A stretch of 64,000 nt of DNA from Chrysomallon squamiferum (lineage: Eukaryota; Animalia; Mollusca), in the NCBI GenBank assembly GCA_012295275.1, contig CM022669.1, positions 13,640,001-13,704,000 on the forward strand. Direction: 5' to 3'. Within the stretch, counting starts at the first letter, position 1; every line of letters starts with the position of its first letter. Position numbers and translations under genes: made by a program. This document shows positions 31,586-58,058 of the stretch, piece by piece. The notes under the pieces are model-generated. The model worked only from the letters and a program-made list of their open reading frames with translations. It was not told the origin of the DNA and did no database searches.

Positions 31586-34168
31586 TTATTGCGTACTTTT
31601 CTTTCTTTCTTGTTTTAACTAAGCTCGTGCTTTCAGTAGACATCAAATCGTGTTTACATATCTCCAGCTATACCCACTGCAACCTTTGATATTTCCGCTA
31701 TGTCGCTTTCAACTGTCAAATTGTTTCTAATCTATCTCGTGTCGCACGTTTTGTAGCAATTTAACATTTAAACATGTGCAGTTAAAAATAGATTATATTT
31801 AGCATAACAACAACATTTACATTCGTGAAAATATTCAGAATTAATGTCAACATACCGATTAGTTCTTTCCACTACACTGGCGCTTTCGTCGAGCTGGTTA
31901 TTTATAAATTATTTCTTTATTTGGTTGACGTATAATACATTTTAAAATGTAATTTGAAAAGAGGTAATTTCAAAGCTATGTAATGCTGTTATAAAACTGG
32001 ATTAGTATTTGTTTAACGAATAGCGCAGGGTGGATAAAAAAAATAATTCAGTTAAAAGGAAGACAGGCGTTAGGGTGCAAGATAAAACTTTCAGTGTGAA
32101 ACTCATTTCACTATAGAGAAAAATAGTGGTTTACAAAATTTATCAGTATATATATAGTGATATACTTTAATGTAATATAAATCAACGAATATATTCAGGT
32201 TTTAAATTTTGGGTACTGGAATATATTCATGAAGAATCTAAAAGGCTGGACAAAAAACCACAGTTGTAATAGTTGAAGATGTAGAAATTCTTTTTTCTTC
32301 CTTCCGTCATCTTTTACGTCTTTTTCTTCTACTTTTGACCATACCAGTCAGTACTGAAATATTTCTACTTTATTCTTTGCCTGCGGTGTATTCTTTATTG
32401 CTAGCGTTCATTTCATTACTTACCTATATCAATATGTTTACAAGTCATTATCCATTATCATTTTCAAGGAAAAAAAAAAAATAAAAGTCTTCAGAATCAA
32501 AGATAATCTTAAATCTTTTAACACAGCTTTTATTAAACAATGTGAACTTTATAGAGCTCATCCACTCCTTGAGACATTGTGTTCCAGTTGGCTGGTTAAT
32601 TTGTAAAGTCAGTCAGCCGTAGAAACACACCTTGTGGAAATGCTCCGTGTATTTAAATAAAAGACAACGAAATATCAAGTAGGTCAGGATGTACATCCAA
32701 TGATCTACTACAGTAAGTTTGATCACTCATAATTAGGAAACAGTTTTATTCCAGTTTAAGAATAAAATAATAATATTTTATACGTGAGAAAAATGGTTAA
32801 TGAGACTGTATTGTATAAATTTAAACATGTAGGTCAAAAAGGATTTTTAATGGCGATAATCAAAATAACAAAATATATCTTCTAAATAAATTACAAAGTT
32901 ATCTTCTTATTAATAATAAAGCTGGCTGAAATTGTCAGTGTTTTATATTATAACCGGTGTAAATTTTGTAGGGTCCTAAGAAGTATATTATATGTGCTAG
33001 ACCTCTTCATTTTTTTTTTTTTCTTTGTTGTTGTTGTTGATCTTTTATAGTTAACAAATGTTCTTTATCATTTAAAAATATTTGTTATAAAATAATATTA
33101 TATTATTACAAAAGCTACAATACAGTGTATTTTTTTTTAAATATAAAATTATATAATATTTATTATTACAAATTGAAATTGTTTTTAAAAGAGCAACAGT
33201 TTTCCTTGAGTATGTAAGTGAATGTGTATTCTTGTCTCCATATGTGTATACAATTAAATTAATTCGTTTTATGTTAATGAATATTTACTTAAAACTCTGT
33301 TTCTGAATATGAAGTGTATTCAACAACCACATTATATCGGTCGAGTACTTTTGATTCATAGCTGAAGCACCGTTATCTCAGTATGTAGGCGTGACACATT
33401 TTTACTGTAGGTAAAGTAAATATTTTCACCTCAAGACCATGTTTGTGTAAATTAACATACCTGTCAAAAGGCAGTGTTATCTTAAACATATATAATTTCG
33501 TGTATTAGTGTAAGAGTACTCATTTTTTTTAAAATTAAAAATCGTTTGTGTGTCTGTGTAATGTATGTATGTATGTATGTGTGTGTATATATATATATAT
33601 ATATATAAAATTACATGTACATGTGTGTCTGTATGTATATATGCATGTTTGTATATGTATATAAATATATATATACTCACACACACATGTATATATATAT
33701 ATGATTGTGTGTGTATATGTGTGTATGTGTTCATATATATGATACAGGTTTGTGTATAATAAACTTTGTAGGTTAAACTACAGAACTAATACATTGATTA
33801 GTCATTAATAAAACTCTTAATACAATCTGATAGCCGCCAGCCAGCTATAAATTATGTATTTTTATTTATAACTGAAGTGCGGTTATCTCAGTTTACAAGG
33901 TAATAACACTTTCTGTGTGTAAATATTTTGACTATGAGGTCAACGACTGAGGTTACGTTTGCATACATAGCTCGATTATATATATTTCTGTTCGAACCCA
34001 GAATTTATAATGATTTTTTTTTTTTTTTAACTGTTGACAGATGAACCAGTACAAAACAACTATGCGTACATTTGTTTGTTTATGTGTTGAATAATGCATG
34101 CATTTTCCTATTTCTTTTGCGAAAATTCAGCTTAATCAGCAACAGTTTAACCTTTACTTTTTTTGCAG

Positions 34169-35211
34169 AGCAAAACAAAATACCAGAAGAGCCGCCGACC
34201 CCAATGGCAGTCGACGTGAAGATAGAGCGAAGGAAGAGGAACCTGATATTCGACGAGGAGAGGTTCGAGGAGACATTCCTCAAGTGCTTGATATGTCGCG
34301 AGAACTACAACACGCACGACAAACTGCCCAAGATGCTTCCTTGCCACCACACGTTCTGCTTGGACTGCCTTCGACAGATGTGGCGCGTCGAGGGCGAATT
34401 TCGCGTGACGCTGACGTCTGCGTTCAGGGGCAACATGCCGCTGGCTGTCAAGATCCAGTGCCCCACGTGCCGCGACGGGCTGATCACCTCGGAAGCCGAG
34501 GTGTGCCGCCTGCCGAACGACCACACCATCGTGGAGCTGCTGACGTTCGTGACGTCGACGGGGAAATGCGACGTGCAGTACTGTACGAAGCACCAGATGC
34601 AGCCGCTGAACTTTTTCTGCGAGCCGTGCATCGCTCCGGTGTGCTGCGACTGCACCGTCCTCGATCACAAGGAGTCTCAGGGTCACATCGTCGTCAACGT
34701 CAACGAAGCTCTGGAGAAGTACACGCCGATCGTGGACAAGACTATGGAGGATATATCCACCGAGCGGGAAGGGTTGAGCGAAAAACGTAACCGCCTGCTG
34801 AAGGCTGGAGAAAACATGAACGAGATCGAATTCGGGATAGGCAAGCAGATTCGAGACGCTTTTAACAAGATTCGCGACGCCATTGACGAGCGCGAGCGCC
34901 AGCTTTTCGAACTGTCCGAGCGGGAAATAAACCGGAAGCGGCAGCTTCTGGAAGGTCACCTGCAGAAGGTCAACGACAGAGAGACTTCGCTGAAGGCTCA
35001 CTTCGAGGCTCTGCAAACGGCCAGGACTGATAAAGACATTAGCATGATGTTCAGTGGACACAAAGCCTCTACTGAAGTTCTGTCGCAGGAAGTTCAGATC
35101 GAAACGGACTGCACCGACAGCTTCGCTGTCAGTTTTAATTTCAGTGAGAAAGACGAAGAGAACATCTGCGATGGCGTCAATAATCTAGGTGACGTCATGT
35201 TTCAAGAGTAA
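34169..35211 (+). CDS. TRIM gene, coding exon 3: RING, B-box type 2 and coiled coil; putative E3 ubiquitin ligase (spliced product 417 aa)
   Basis: Acceptor ttttgcag| is followed by a C3HC4 RING (CLIC..CHHTFCLDC..CPTC), a B-box2 (CTKH..FFCEPC..VCCDC..DH..GH), a long coiled coil and TAA at 35209-35211. Codons are GC3-rich. Confidence 0.95.
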
Positions 35212-35893
35212 AATGCATCCTAAAACTCGCATTAGCTAATTATTACTGGTGCATCAAAGGTGATGTTTTACCTGGAAAATAGAAAAAGGAAAGAAAGGAA
35301 AAGAAAAAGAGAGAGGTTTAAGACTGCAAGTTAGATGTTACTGATAAATGTGCATTTAATAAGTTCATTCTGGTGGAAAAACAAATTGTTTCGACCTTGT
35401 AGGTTTAACATTCGATATCGCTGACAGTTCATTCCAGTGTGTTGTAAAATAACGACACGTGTTAACAGATAACCGTCAACAGAATGCTGACAAAATGTCA
35501 CACGCTTCTACTCTCACTACATTCCTAACATTGGTGCCTATGACTATTATCGTACTTTTTTTTTTTTGATGTAATGCAATCTAACTGCCATTATTCACTT
35601 GCATATTTTATTTATTCACAGACTTCTGCTTTACTTCTTCGTTACATATCTTAATCTTGTTTTTTTCTTGTTTTCATTTCTTTTTTTTCTTTTCTTTTTT
35701 CACGTTTTGATTTTCTTAAGTTTTTCTTCGTTTTTTATTTAATTTGAATTTCCAACGTGCTTTTTAAATGAATTAATTTATTTCTAATTTCGAAATTTTA
35801 TTTTTAAAGATCCAATAATAAAATAATACTAATATACCTAATAAATAATCATAGTTATCCAGTTTGTTTTAATTATTATTATTATTGTTATTA

Positions 35894-35964
<71 letters not shown>

Positions 35965-36695
35965 TTATTTTATTTATTTATTTTTTTTTTTGGTTCTAGT
36001 TAATAGTCGATACATTTTAAATACTAATAATATCACTGGGCCTTTTCATTAAGCTGAAAGACACATTTGTTTTAATAACGCAAGGTTAAAATAAGAAATA
36101 AATGTGAACACGTTCTTGAGTGTATTCTGTATACTTATATAAGTCTAACTGTTAGGACAGGACCCTCTATACGGAATATTTTTAATTATTCTTTGTTTAT
36201 TATTTATATATTTAGTAATGTATTTATTATTATTATTATTTTAATTTACATACATCTTTTTACATCATTATTTTTATATTATGAATTTTTACTGTAGTTT
36301 TACTCTTTTTTTTATAGGACGATATAAAATGATCTCATTTTTGTAAATTCAAATTCAGTTTATTTTAGATGTTTTTCCCTTGATTTTCTGCTACAAAATT
36401 TAACCTCTCTCTCTGTCTCTCTCTCTCTCTCTAGCTATCCGTCTGTCAGTCTATTTGTATATTTATATATTTATCTTCGTCCATCACCTTTTTCTCTTAG
36501 ATAATTTTTTATTTGCTTTCATCCTCTGTAAATACATTACAAAGTTGTCTTGCAACTGTACACTCACTGTAATCTTGCTATATTATTTTGTACATATCTG
36601 CAATGTGACATATTTGGATTAAATTTATCATTTATATTTTTCTTGTTTCTTTTTTCTTATATATTAATGCAAACATACGTGCAACTATATGGAAA

Positions 36696-36770
<75 letters not shown>

Positions 36771-37016
36771 GCACACATGCACGCACACACACTCATGTCA
36801 TTATGCAAATGTGTAATACCGGTGCATTAAAGATGCTATTTCACACGGAGTTACAGGTAATATCACTGACATCAAAATACATTTTAATGGCCTAGAGAAA
36901 TCGAGCAAGATGTCAGTATATTTAATTTGTTTATTCACATACTTGTTCGATCATAATAACAGTCATCGATAATTATTTGTTATTTTACCTAAATTTCATC
37001 TTTGCTGATATATGTG

Positions 37017-37063
<47 letters not shown>

Positions 37064-37166
37064 ATGGTGTGTGAATGTATGTATGTATGCATGTATATTC
37101 ACCACGTGTATATACATATATGTGTGTGTGTGTGTGTTTTTGTATGCATGTTTATGAATTTATGTA

Positions 37167-37201
<35 letters not shown>

Positions 37202-38054
37202 CACACACAAGCACGTCCACGAAAATATTTACATATCTAATTTGAAGACCTAGAGAAAAACAACCTTACAAAGCTGGTTGATATAAAGTTAAGATTGCAG
37301 ATTTAATACGAGAACCTCTTTAAAAAAAAATTTTTAGTCAGACACGGTGAGTCACGATCACATATTCAGTGGTTTTACCTGTGTGTGTTTTTTTATATAC
37401 TTATTTTTAAAATGTATGCTTGGCTGCATCTCTTTTCTTGACTTGTTATTATTTTTCAAAATACGCTGAGACAGAAGTAAAACTAACAGATGGTTTTTTG
37501 TTGTTGTTTAACACGTATCACAGTCCTGTTGTTTATCTGTGAAGCAAAGAAGAAAGAAAGCATTAAGACGTCACTGAACCGAGATAACAGTCGCATTCTG
37601 TTTTATTTTTTATTTATTAGGGTATTATACAAAATAAATTTGTCAGAAAGGAAGGTGAAGAAGATGAATTCAATATTGATGATGACTAAGTCAGATGTGA
37701 AGATTTTTAAATTTGCGTTTTACAAGGAGTGTACTATAATTTTTTTTTTTTTTTTTTTTTAAATAATATTAAAATAAAAGAAAGAACATTTTATAATCGC
37801 AGACTATTTCTTGATAATACAACGTAATTAAATGTTAATTGTCCTTTTTATTAAACTTTCAAACTGTTTTTCCCGTTGGTATTTTAAATATGTGAAGCTA
37901 GCATATTTATGATTTTATGGGGATTTTTTTTTTGTTTTGTTTTGTTATTTTGTTTTAAATAATAAGCATTATCATTCAGAAAGAACAAAATATCTTACAC
38001 GTTTATTTATTTACAATTTGATATTATTTATTTATTTATTTATTTATTTATTAT

Positions 38055-38086
<32 letters not shown>

Positions 38087-39807
38087 TTATATTATATTAT
38101 ATTATATTATATTATATTATATTATATTGTATTTTATTTTATTTTATTTTATTTATTTGGTAGGTTTTTAATATTTGTCTTAGTGTTATTCTTTCCGTTT
38201 TTTTTTTAGGACTGTTTTAAGTTTTAGAAAAACAAATTACATTCAGTTCTTTACTGGTATTATTATTGTTACATGAAACGAAAAAAACTTAATCATTAAC
38301 TATCATTCAAAAATATATGTGGGTGTATATATACAACTGTGTATGCTACACATATCAAAAAAATTCCTCACGTAATCACCAAAAATAAATATTATAATTT
38401 CTTTTCTTATCGCCAAACGTATGTCAGCAATATATATATTTTTTCCCAGGCTGGTACAAAAGAGAGAAAAAAAAAAAGAGATCGTGTTCAGTAGATTGAA
38501 TCACACACACAAAGAAAGAGAGTTTTTTCCTGGGGCAATGTTCAACATTATAATACCACAGACATTAAAAGTCAAATGTTTTTGACATATCACTACATGA
38601 ATTAATTCTTCATAAAACGCGTTTCACATCATTAGTTTTATGATGGGGTCTCTTTGTACAGCGTTATTACAAACATACCATCTCGTGTATTCAAATTATA
38701 TCGTCAAGCAGGTGTGTACAATCAAATTACACCCAATATTCAAACGGAGGACAAAGTTCAAAGGGTATTTTAGACAGAATCGTAAAAAAATGGTTATGGA
38801 GGTGATCATTTTTCTTTGACGAAAGGCATCGATAACTAAAATTATTGCATATTTTTATTGTATACTGTTGAATACTAAGAAATAAAATAAATCATTAAAG
38901 ATGTAAATAAGTCAATATAAAATGCAAAATTTTATTACTATACCTTTCGTTTGAAATATGATATAAAAGCTCAAATTGTTTTCAAGAATGTCACATGCTG
39001 CATATATAATTCAGAAGACTGGTGAGAATTTCGTAACTGAAAAATATAGACTGAATAACATACAGACAGACATACATAGAAAAAAAGAATGCGTGAAGAA
39101 ACGACAGCGCCATTAAGAGAGAGAGAGAAAGATGATTTGATTGAGAGAGAGAGAGAGAAAGAGAAAGAAATATAAAGAGAGAGAGAGAGAGAGAGAGAGA
39201 AGAAGAGAGAAAGAGAGAGAGACAGAAAGAGGAAAAAAAAACATATAAAGCAAAAAGGTAAAATTTTAATTACACAAAAAGGAGAAAAAGGACATCAAAG
39301 AGTTTGTTTATTTCATGATTACAGACAGACCAATTCAGTAAAGATAGAAAAATAAATGTAAACGTCTCTCTTTTTCAGTCTTTGTCTGTCTGTCTGTCTG
39401 TTTGAAAAAGTTATGGTACTCTTTTTTTTAATCTTAATATATATATATATTAATTACAGATAAAAGAAACAAAAAAAAACGACTCGGTTTTTTTCATTCA
39501 TTTGTAACAAAATTTGAAAATAACAACGTAATTTTTCTGATTAGTTATATATATTATTTTAATTTAAAAAATTCTGAAAAAAAGATTGTCAAATCAAATG
39601 AAAATAAATTTTAAAAAGAGATTCGTACTGGAAATGTTTGAATAACAGAGATAAATAGATAGATAGATAGATAGATATATATATAGATAGATAGATAGAT
39701 ATTTTAATGAAGTTTATTTCAACGCAATCCAAAATTAACTCTGGCTTGCCGAACGAATCCAGAATTACGTATAACGCATTTCCTTTTGGGGATGGTATTT
39801 GCATTCG

Positions 39808-39831
39808 TTACGTCATTTTACCGTGACGTCA
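39808..39831. promoter_or_regulatory. Paired bZIP sites (TTACGTCA and palindromic CRE TGACGTCA) just upstream of the uncharacterised gene's ATG
   Basis: TTACGTCA at 39808-39815, TGACGTCA at 39824-39831, ATG at 39849. Confidence 0.35.
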
Positions 39832-39848
39832 TTCATCGGACATAAACC

Positions 39849-40687
39849 ATGAATGACCGAATTCAAACAGATATAGTCGATACAGATTACACTATCGATG
39901 ACGATAGTGAACCAGAACTGGACGATTTCTGTCGGGAGTGTGACGCTCTGTACAACAAGCTTGTCGATGTGACCGTCACTCCACCGTACAGAGGTCGCCG
40001 GTTCAAGAAGGACTCCAGAACCTGGCTCCACAAAAATCGCAAAGACGACAGGGACGAGTTCGACCCGTACAAGTACGTTGACGAAGACGACTACGAGTTT
40101 GCTTACTCCGTCGTCGACAAAAACGGGCGAAGATTTAAGAAGGACTCGAGAGTGTGGCTCCACAAAGTGTCCAAGAAGTCCACTCACTGTGACGAAAACA
40201 CGTCCTGCGATAACTTCCTGGACGAGGACTCTTTAACGGCCATGTCGAAAATTACCATCGGAAAGCAGCGGAAAGAACAGATGGAGAAAATCGGCAAGAA
40301 GTGCATGGGCTACTTTCGGTCGGGAGTCATGGAGAAGATGATAGTGGCCGGGCTGCAGCGAACTCGTAAGAGACGAAAAATGGGGGTGACGGCTCCGCTC
40401 TCCGTCCTCACTGGAAATGACATGAATCAGAGGCAGGCGATGAACAACTGGGCCGCGCACAAGCAGAAGAAGTCCGAGGTGATTTTCACCACCATCAACG
40501 AGACGGCAGAAGACAACCTGTCCGACTCGTATTCGTCCAACAGGTGTTCCAGGACGTCCTCGCAGGAAAGTCTCAACGAAACGAAGCAGACGAACCTCGA
40601 CGATTCGTGGACGGAGACGAAGCAGATGAAGTCTGACATGTCCTCGTGCAGAGATGGTAACAATTCACCTTTGACCTCGGAGGGATG
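39849..40687 (+). CDS. Uncharacterised protein, exon 1 of 2 (spliced product 373 aa; charged, probably largely disordered)
   Basis: accATG is preceded by an in-frame TAA and opens a 280-codon GC3-rich ORF. The donor TG|gtaagg (phase 2) joins in frame to 40960. Confidence 0.8.
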
Positions 40688-40824
40688 GTAAGGCAGAGTT
40701 TTCAGTCATGACAGATCAAAACTGCAATTTTTACAAAACTAATTATTGCGGAGAACAGTATGAATAAATGAATGAATGAATGAATAAAAATTGGGAAATA
40801 ATAATAATAAATACCACGACTACG

Positions 40825-40883
<59 letters not shown>

Positions 40884-40959
40884 AATAATAATAAGAAGAA
40901 GAATAATAAAAATAAAAAGAAGAATAATAAATTCATTACGTTCCAAACGTTTGTTTCAG

Positions 40960-41242
40960 CTACGACCTGGCCACCGATTCGCACATTAAAGCCGCCAGGT
41001 TCGTGTTGTCCTGCACCGACTCCAAGTACGAGGTGCAGGACGACGATTCCGCGTCGTGCGACACCAACGTGGACACCGACGAGGACCTTCCTGCGACGCC
41101 TGTAGAAAGTCAGCTGGAACTGAGCCGCGAGTGTGGCGAGGCGAGTGACGGAGGCCCTCAAGAGGATCAAGTTGATCAGGATTCAGATTCCATGGCCAAC
41201 CTCAACCGAAACTGTTCAAAGATGAATGTCTCATCGCCATGA
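40960..41242 (+). CDS. Uncharacterised protein, exon 2 (YDLATDSHIKAARFVLSC...MNVSSP*)
   Basis: Acceptor ttgtttcag| matches the phase of exon 1. The frame is GC-rich and acidic and runs to TGA at 41240-41242. Confidence 0.78.
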
Positions 41243-42346
41243 TGTTTATTTATTATTATTATTTTTTTTTAACACTGCTGCATATAATGACGTGTCATAT
41301 ATGCATAAATGAAGTAACTGAAATAATATCGTAGATATTTCATTTGTATGACGTGCTTCTTTAGCGTGGATGATTGAGCGCGTGCATATATATGTGTGTG
41401 TTTAGGCGACAGCGTGTGTGTGTGTGCGCGCGTGCATGTGTTTTTGTGTGTATCACGGTGCGAATGTCAGTGTGATATAGTCTCGAACAAAATCTTTTAT
41501 GTGTTATAGATGCATCGCATTTATCCTTAAATAATAATTGTCTAAGATCCACCATGTTGTTTGTTACAATATAGTTATCTTAACTGACAAGACCTATATC
41601 ATTTATAAGACATAAAATATTCTGTGATTATTTATGTGATACAGAACATACCTTGTCAATCTATATAGCTGATACAACTGCGTACCCAATGCGTACGGAG
41701 AGGACCATGATAATTTCCATAACATATTATATACCACGACCATTTATCTAATTGTGTTAGACAGTAGGTATATGACATTTTTGCATTATATCATATTAAC
41801 CACCATGTTTTGTTTATGGATGACCACTGACTATAATTACGTAATATGACCGTTGACTTTACGTAATATGACCATTAACGCTGATTAGTGTCTGTATGGA
41901 CTATAATTACGTTTCTATGTACTATGACCATTATCTCTATGGACTATGACGTTTACTTCATAACTTTATGCAAATTACTTATCAGTTTGTATGATATGGT
42001 ATTTGTCACAGTGTACTGTTTAATGTTGGACAGTGTGATACAGGAGTATGTTGTGTGCAGTGCAATTTATGTCATATAATGTGATATTGTGATGTAGTAG
42101 GTACAATGATCGTTTGTCTGAAATGAAATGTTATTGTGATGTGCGGGCGTTTGTGTGAGATAATGTTACAATAATATAGAGTATTATGTGATTGTTTATG
42201 TCAATCGTGACATACAGTTTATATTTCATGCTGTAAGTAATGGTTATCACAAAATGTAACTAAATGTGTCGAGTTCACTGTTTCAGTAATAAAATAATAA
42301 TATAAATAAAGTTTTAATTAATTATTATATTAACACCAACAGCATC

Positions 42347-42386
<40 letters not shown>

Positions 42387-42733
42387 TTTATTTTTAAAAA
42401 TAGCTAGAAAATTGAAGATACGGCAGCTTTGCTATGTACTTTGGTTTTATTACAATCTACGAAATGACGTCATGAAAAAAATGTCATCCTCCATGCATAG
42501 TTAATGCTTATGCGCTTATTATTTTATTTTTATAATTTCTTATTAGACAAAAGAGCCTGCTTGAAAAAAAAAGAAAAAAAAAAGAAAGAAAATAACAATA
42601 AATTAACATTTTGAATGTTCATAAGAAGAAAAGGAATAATACATAAGGCGAATTCTAATATTAAATACATACGCAGAAGAAAAAGTGTCCATGAAGAATA
42701 TATAAATTCACAAAATAATAATAATAATAATAA

Positions 42734-42764
<31 letters not shown>

Positions 42765-43559
42765 AAGAAGAAGAAGAAGAAGAAGAAGAAGAAGAATTAG
42801 TAGAAGAAGAATAAGAAAACAAAGAAGAATTCATGTCCAAATTCATTTGTTTATTTACTAAGAACATTAAATCATAACCCGTGTTTGTTCAAAGAGTAAT
42901 TTTTTTTTTTTTTTAAGCGAAGACAACAAAGTAATGATAAAAGAAATGCAGAAAACGTCTTTTTAACACACAAATAATAATTAGGCATTATGAAATGACA
43001 GAACATAAAGTAACATAATCATATACGTGATCCACATAGGCAATCTACTGCGACATCAGTATTTTAATTCCGTTAGTGGGTAGTTTTTATTTTATATTAT
43101 TTTTTTAATAATAAAAAAATACTGTCAAGAACACGCATGCGCGAAATTTCAATACATTTATTTGTGTAAACCAGACAGTGTGTGGATGTTGCGCTTAAAT
43201 GTAAATATAAATACAGGGTGATCGTCTTGCGACTTCAAACATTTGCGGTATCATTTCCAGGGCCCATAACTCGTTCAGAATTATTTATTTTCTAGTATCA
43301 CTCTTTTGCTGTAGTATTTTTAGAAGCTATATTCCGTTTAGAAGACACATTCCGTTTAGTAACTCATATACGTCGAATAATGTTTACACTCTCATTCTGG
43401 TTTGCCGATTCTTCCGCGAAAAAATATTTCGAAGAGAATCGAGGTATTTCGTCGCATTTTGTGATTTGTGTTATTTTAACGATGAACAATCCACTGATAA
43501 ATTGAAGCAGAAATTCACAGTAATTTCTCTAACAGTTCTTTATAAGGGAAACATTTCTG

Positions 43560-56198
<12,639 letters not shown>

Positions 56199-56217
56199 CT
56201 AAATAATAAAATAAACA

Positions 56218-56252
<35 letters not shown>

Positions 56253-56312
56253 CATACATACATACATATACATACATACATACATACATATACATACATA
56301 CATACATATATA

Positions 56313-56344
<32 letters not shown>

Positions 56345-56437
56345 CACATAAATATATACATACATACATACATACATATATCATACATACATACATACAT
56401 ATATACATACATATATCATACTACATACATACATACA

Positions 56438-56909
56438 CATGGCCGTAAGTAAACTGAGGCAAAAGCATCATACCGAAATTTTTTTTTTTAATATATAGAT
56501 TTTATTTAAAAATACAAAATATAAATCTCTATTCCTATAGAAACTACATCCACTGAATGAATTCGTTTACGTCTACGGCTACCGTTTGAAGTCTACCGAC
56601 ATCGTTGCGATGAAAGACGTAACTTACTTCAAAGACATCGGACATCAAACATGTTTATCGAACACTTGATAACACAGCATCCTTTTCACACGTTTCAGTC
56701 TTAGCCCGGTTCTTGCCGAGTTGCAGTTAATTTTGTCATTTAGCGTCACGATTACAGAACTAGGATAAAATTGCCAGGAACTGGCTAGAATCGAGGATCT
56801 TGCATCTTTCAAGTCGGAGCTTCTAGGGGGCCTTAAGCGGCCCTAGGCGCCTTCCCCAATTTTTTTTTTTTGTCCCTTTCCGCTCGGCAAAAGTCTAGTT
56901 ATGGCCATG
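56438..56909. mobile_element. Probable non-autonomous hAT-like DNA transposon, about 470 bp
   Basis: Termini CATGGCCGTAAGTA and (reverse complement) CATGGCCATAACTA match at 12 of 14 positions, with a GC-rich subterminal region. It sits inside a CA/TACA microsatellite, so no clean target duplication is visible. Confidence 0.55.
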
Positions 56910-56940
<31 letters not shown>

Positions 56941-58058
56941 GAAATTGATATTAGATTACAATTTTTTTTTTTTTTTTAATTTCTACTCGATAATAAAGCC
57001 AAATAAAACAGTGTTTATTTGTTAGATATTGAGTATTACTCTGTTTACGTATTTTTCTAATTAGCAGTGTGTCAGGTAAACATTTGAAAACGTCTGTCAT
57101 CAGCTAGCTAAAAAAAAAATATATATATTATAAAAATGTACTATAGTTGTGTGTACCATCATTATTGTACATAACCAGGTTATGTAAGCTCAGTTGACTT
57201 TTTTAGGATTTCCATTAGAAGTTACGCTTAATTCTAAATTGTGTTCATATTTTTGTCTTAACAACACACCTCTGTGTATGAGTACAAATCCAACACACAA
57301 ACGAAGAATCACACAAATCATTTTTTGCGATTCCCGCCCATTCCGTGTTTTTATCCTCTGCCTCTCAGTGGATCTTATTTCTCAGTTCACGTCTTGTAAT
57401 CTGAAATACACAAAATTTCACGAACTGTACAAGTCTGTCCCGAAACAAGGACTGATCGAGCTTTTATGTTATGTAGAGTATTTTTCTGTTTGTTTTATGT
57501 GTCACATTTTACGATAACCGGAAGTAATTGTAAAACAATAAATAAATGTTTAATGGTTTTTTTTTTTTTTTTTTATGTGTGTTTGTTTTTATTTTTCAGG
57601 TGTGTTTTTTATGGGGGTTTGTGGTGGGGGTGTTTGTTTCTGTTTACATTTTGTGTTTTGTGCATGTACTTTTTTTTTTTTTGTTTTTTTTTTTGTTATT
57701 GTTGTTTTCTTAACGGAGTTTTAACAATTTAGATTAGCAGGTTAATATCACCTTTCTGTAGACATGCTAGCATTTACATACAATTATTATTATTATTATT
57801 TTTTTTTTTTTTATAAATTGATAATCTTTGAAAAAACTCTTACATTAAGCGGAACGGATAATACCAGTTTTCTTAGTGGTAAACTGAACCCAATCGTAAG
57901 CAGTCTAAATCAGGTCAGAGATAAGGAGTAACACAGGTCGACGGTCAGACAGACAGACAGATAAATAAACCATGTTCCCGTATTTTCCAGTCCAGAAAAA
58001 AAACCCAGTTTCAATATATATATATATATATTAAAAGGTTTCAGGAAAAGGACTACTA

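Noticed and set aside
34072-34168. N-terminal part of the 379-aa ORF in the track
   Set aside because: It is intronic, with a non-ATG start and a polypyrimidine tract. The exon begins at the acceptor before 34169.
34098-35061. Long overlapping ORFs (304 aa minus, 230 aa plus) over the TRIM exon
   Set aside because: These are shadow ORFs expected from GC3-rich codons and show no recognisable motifs.
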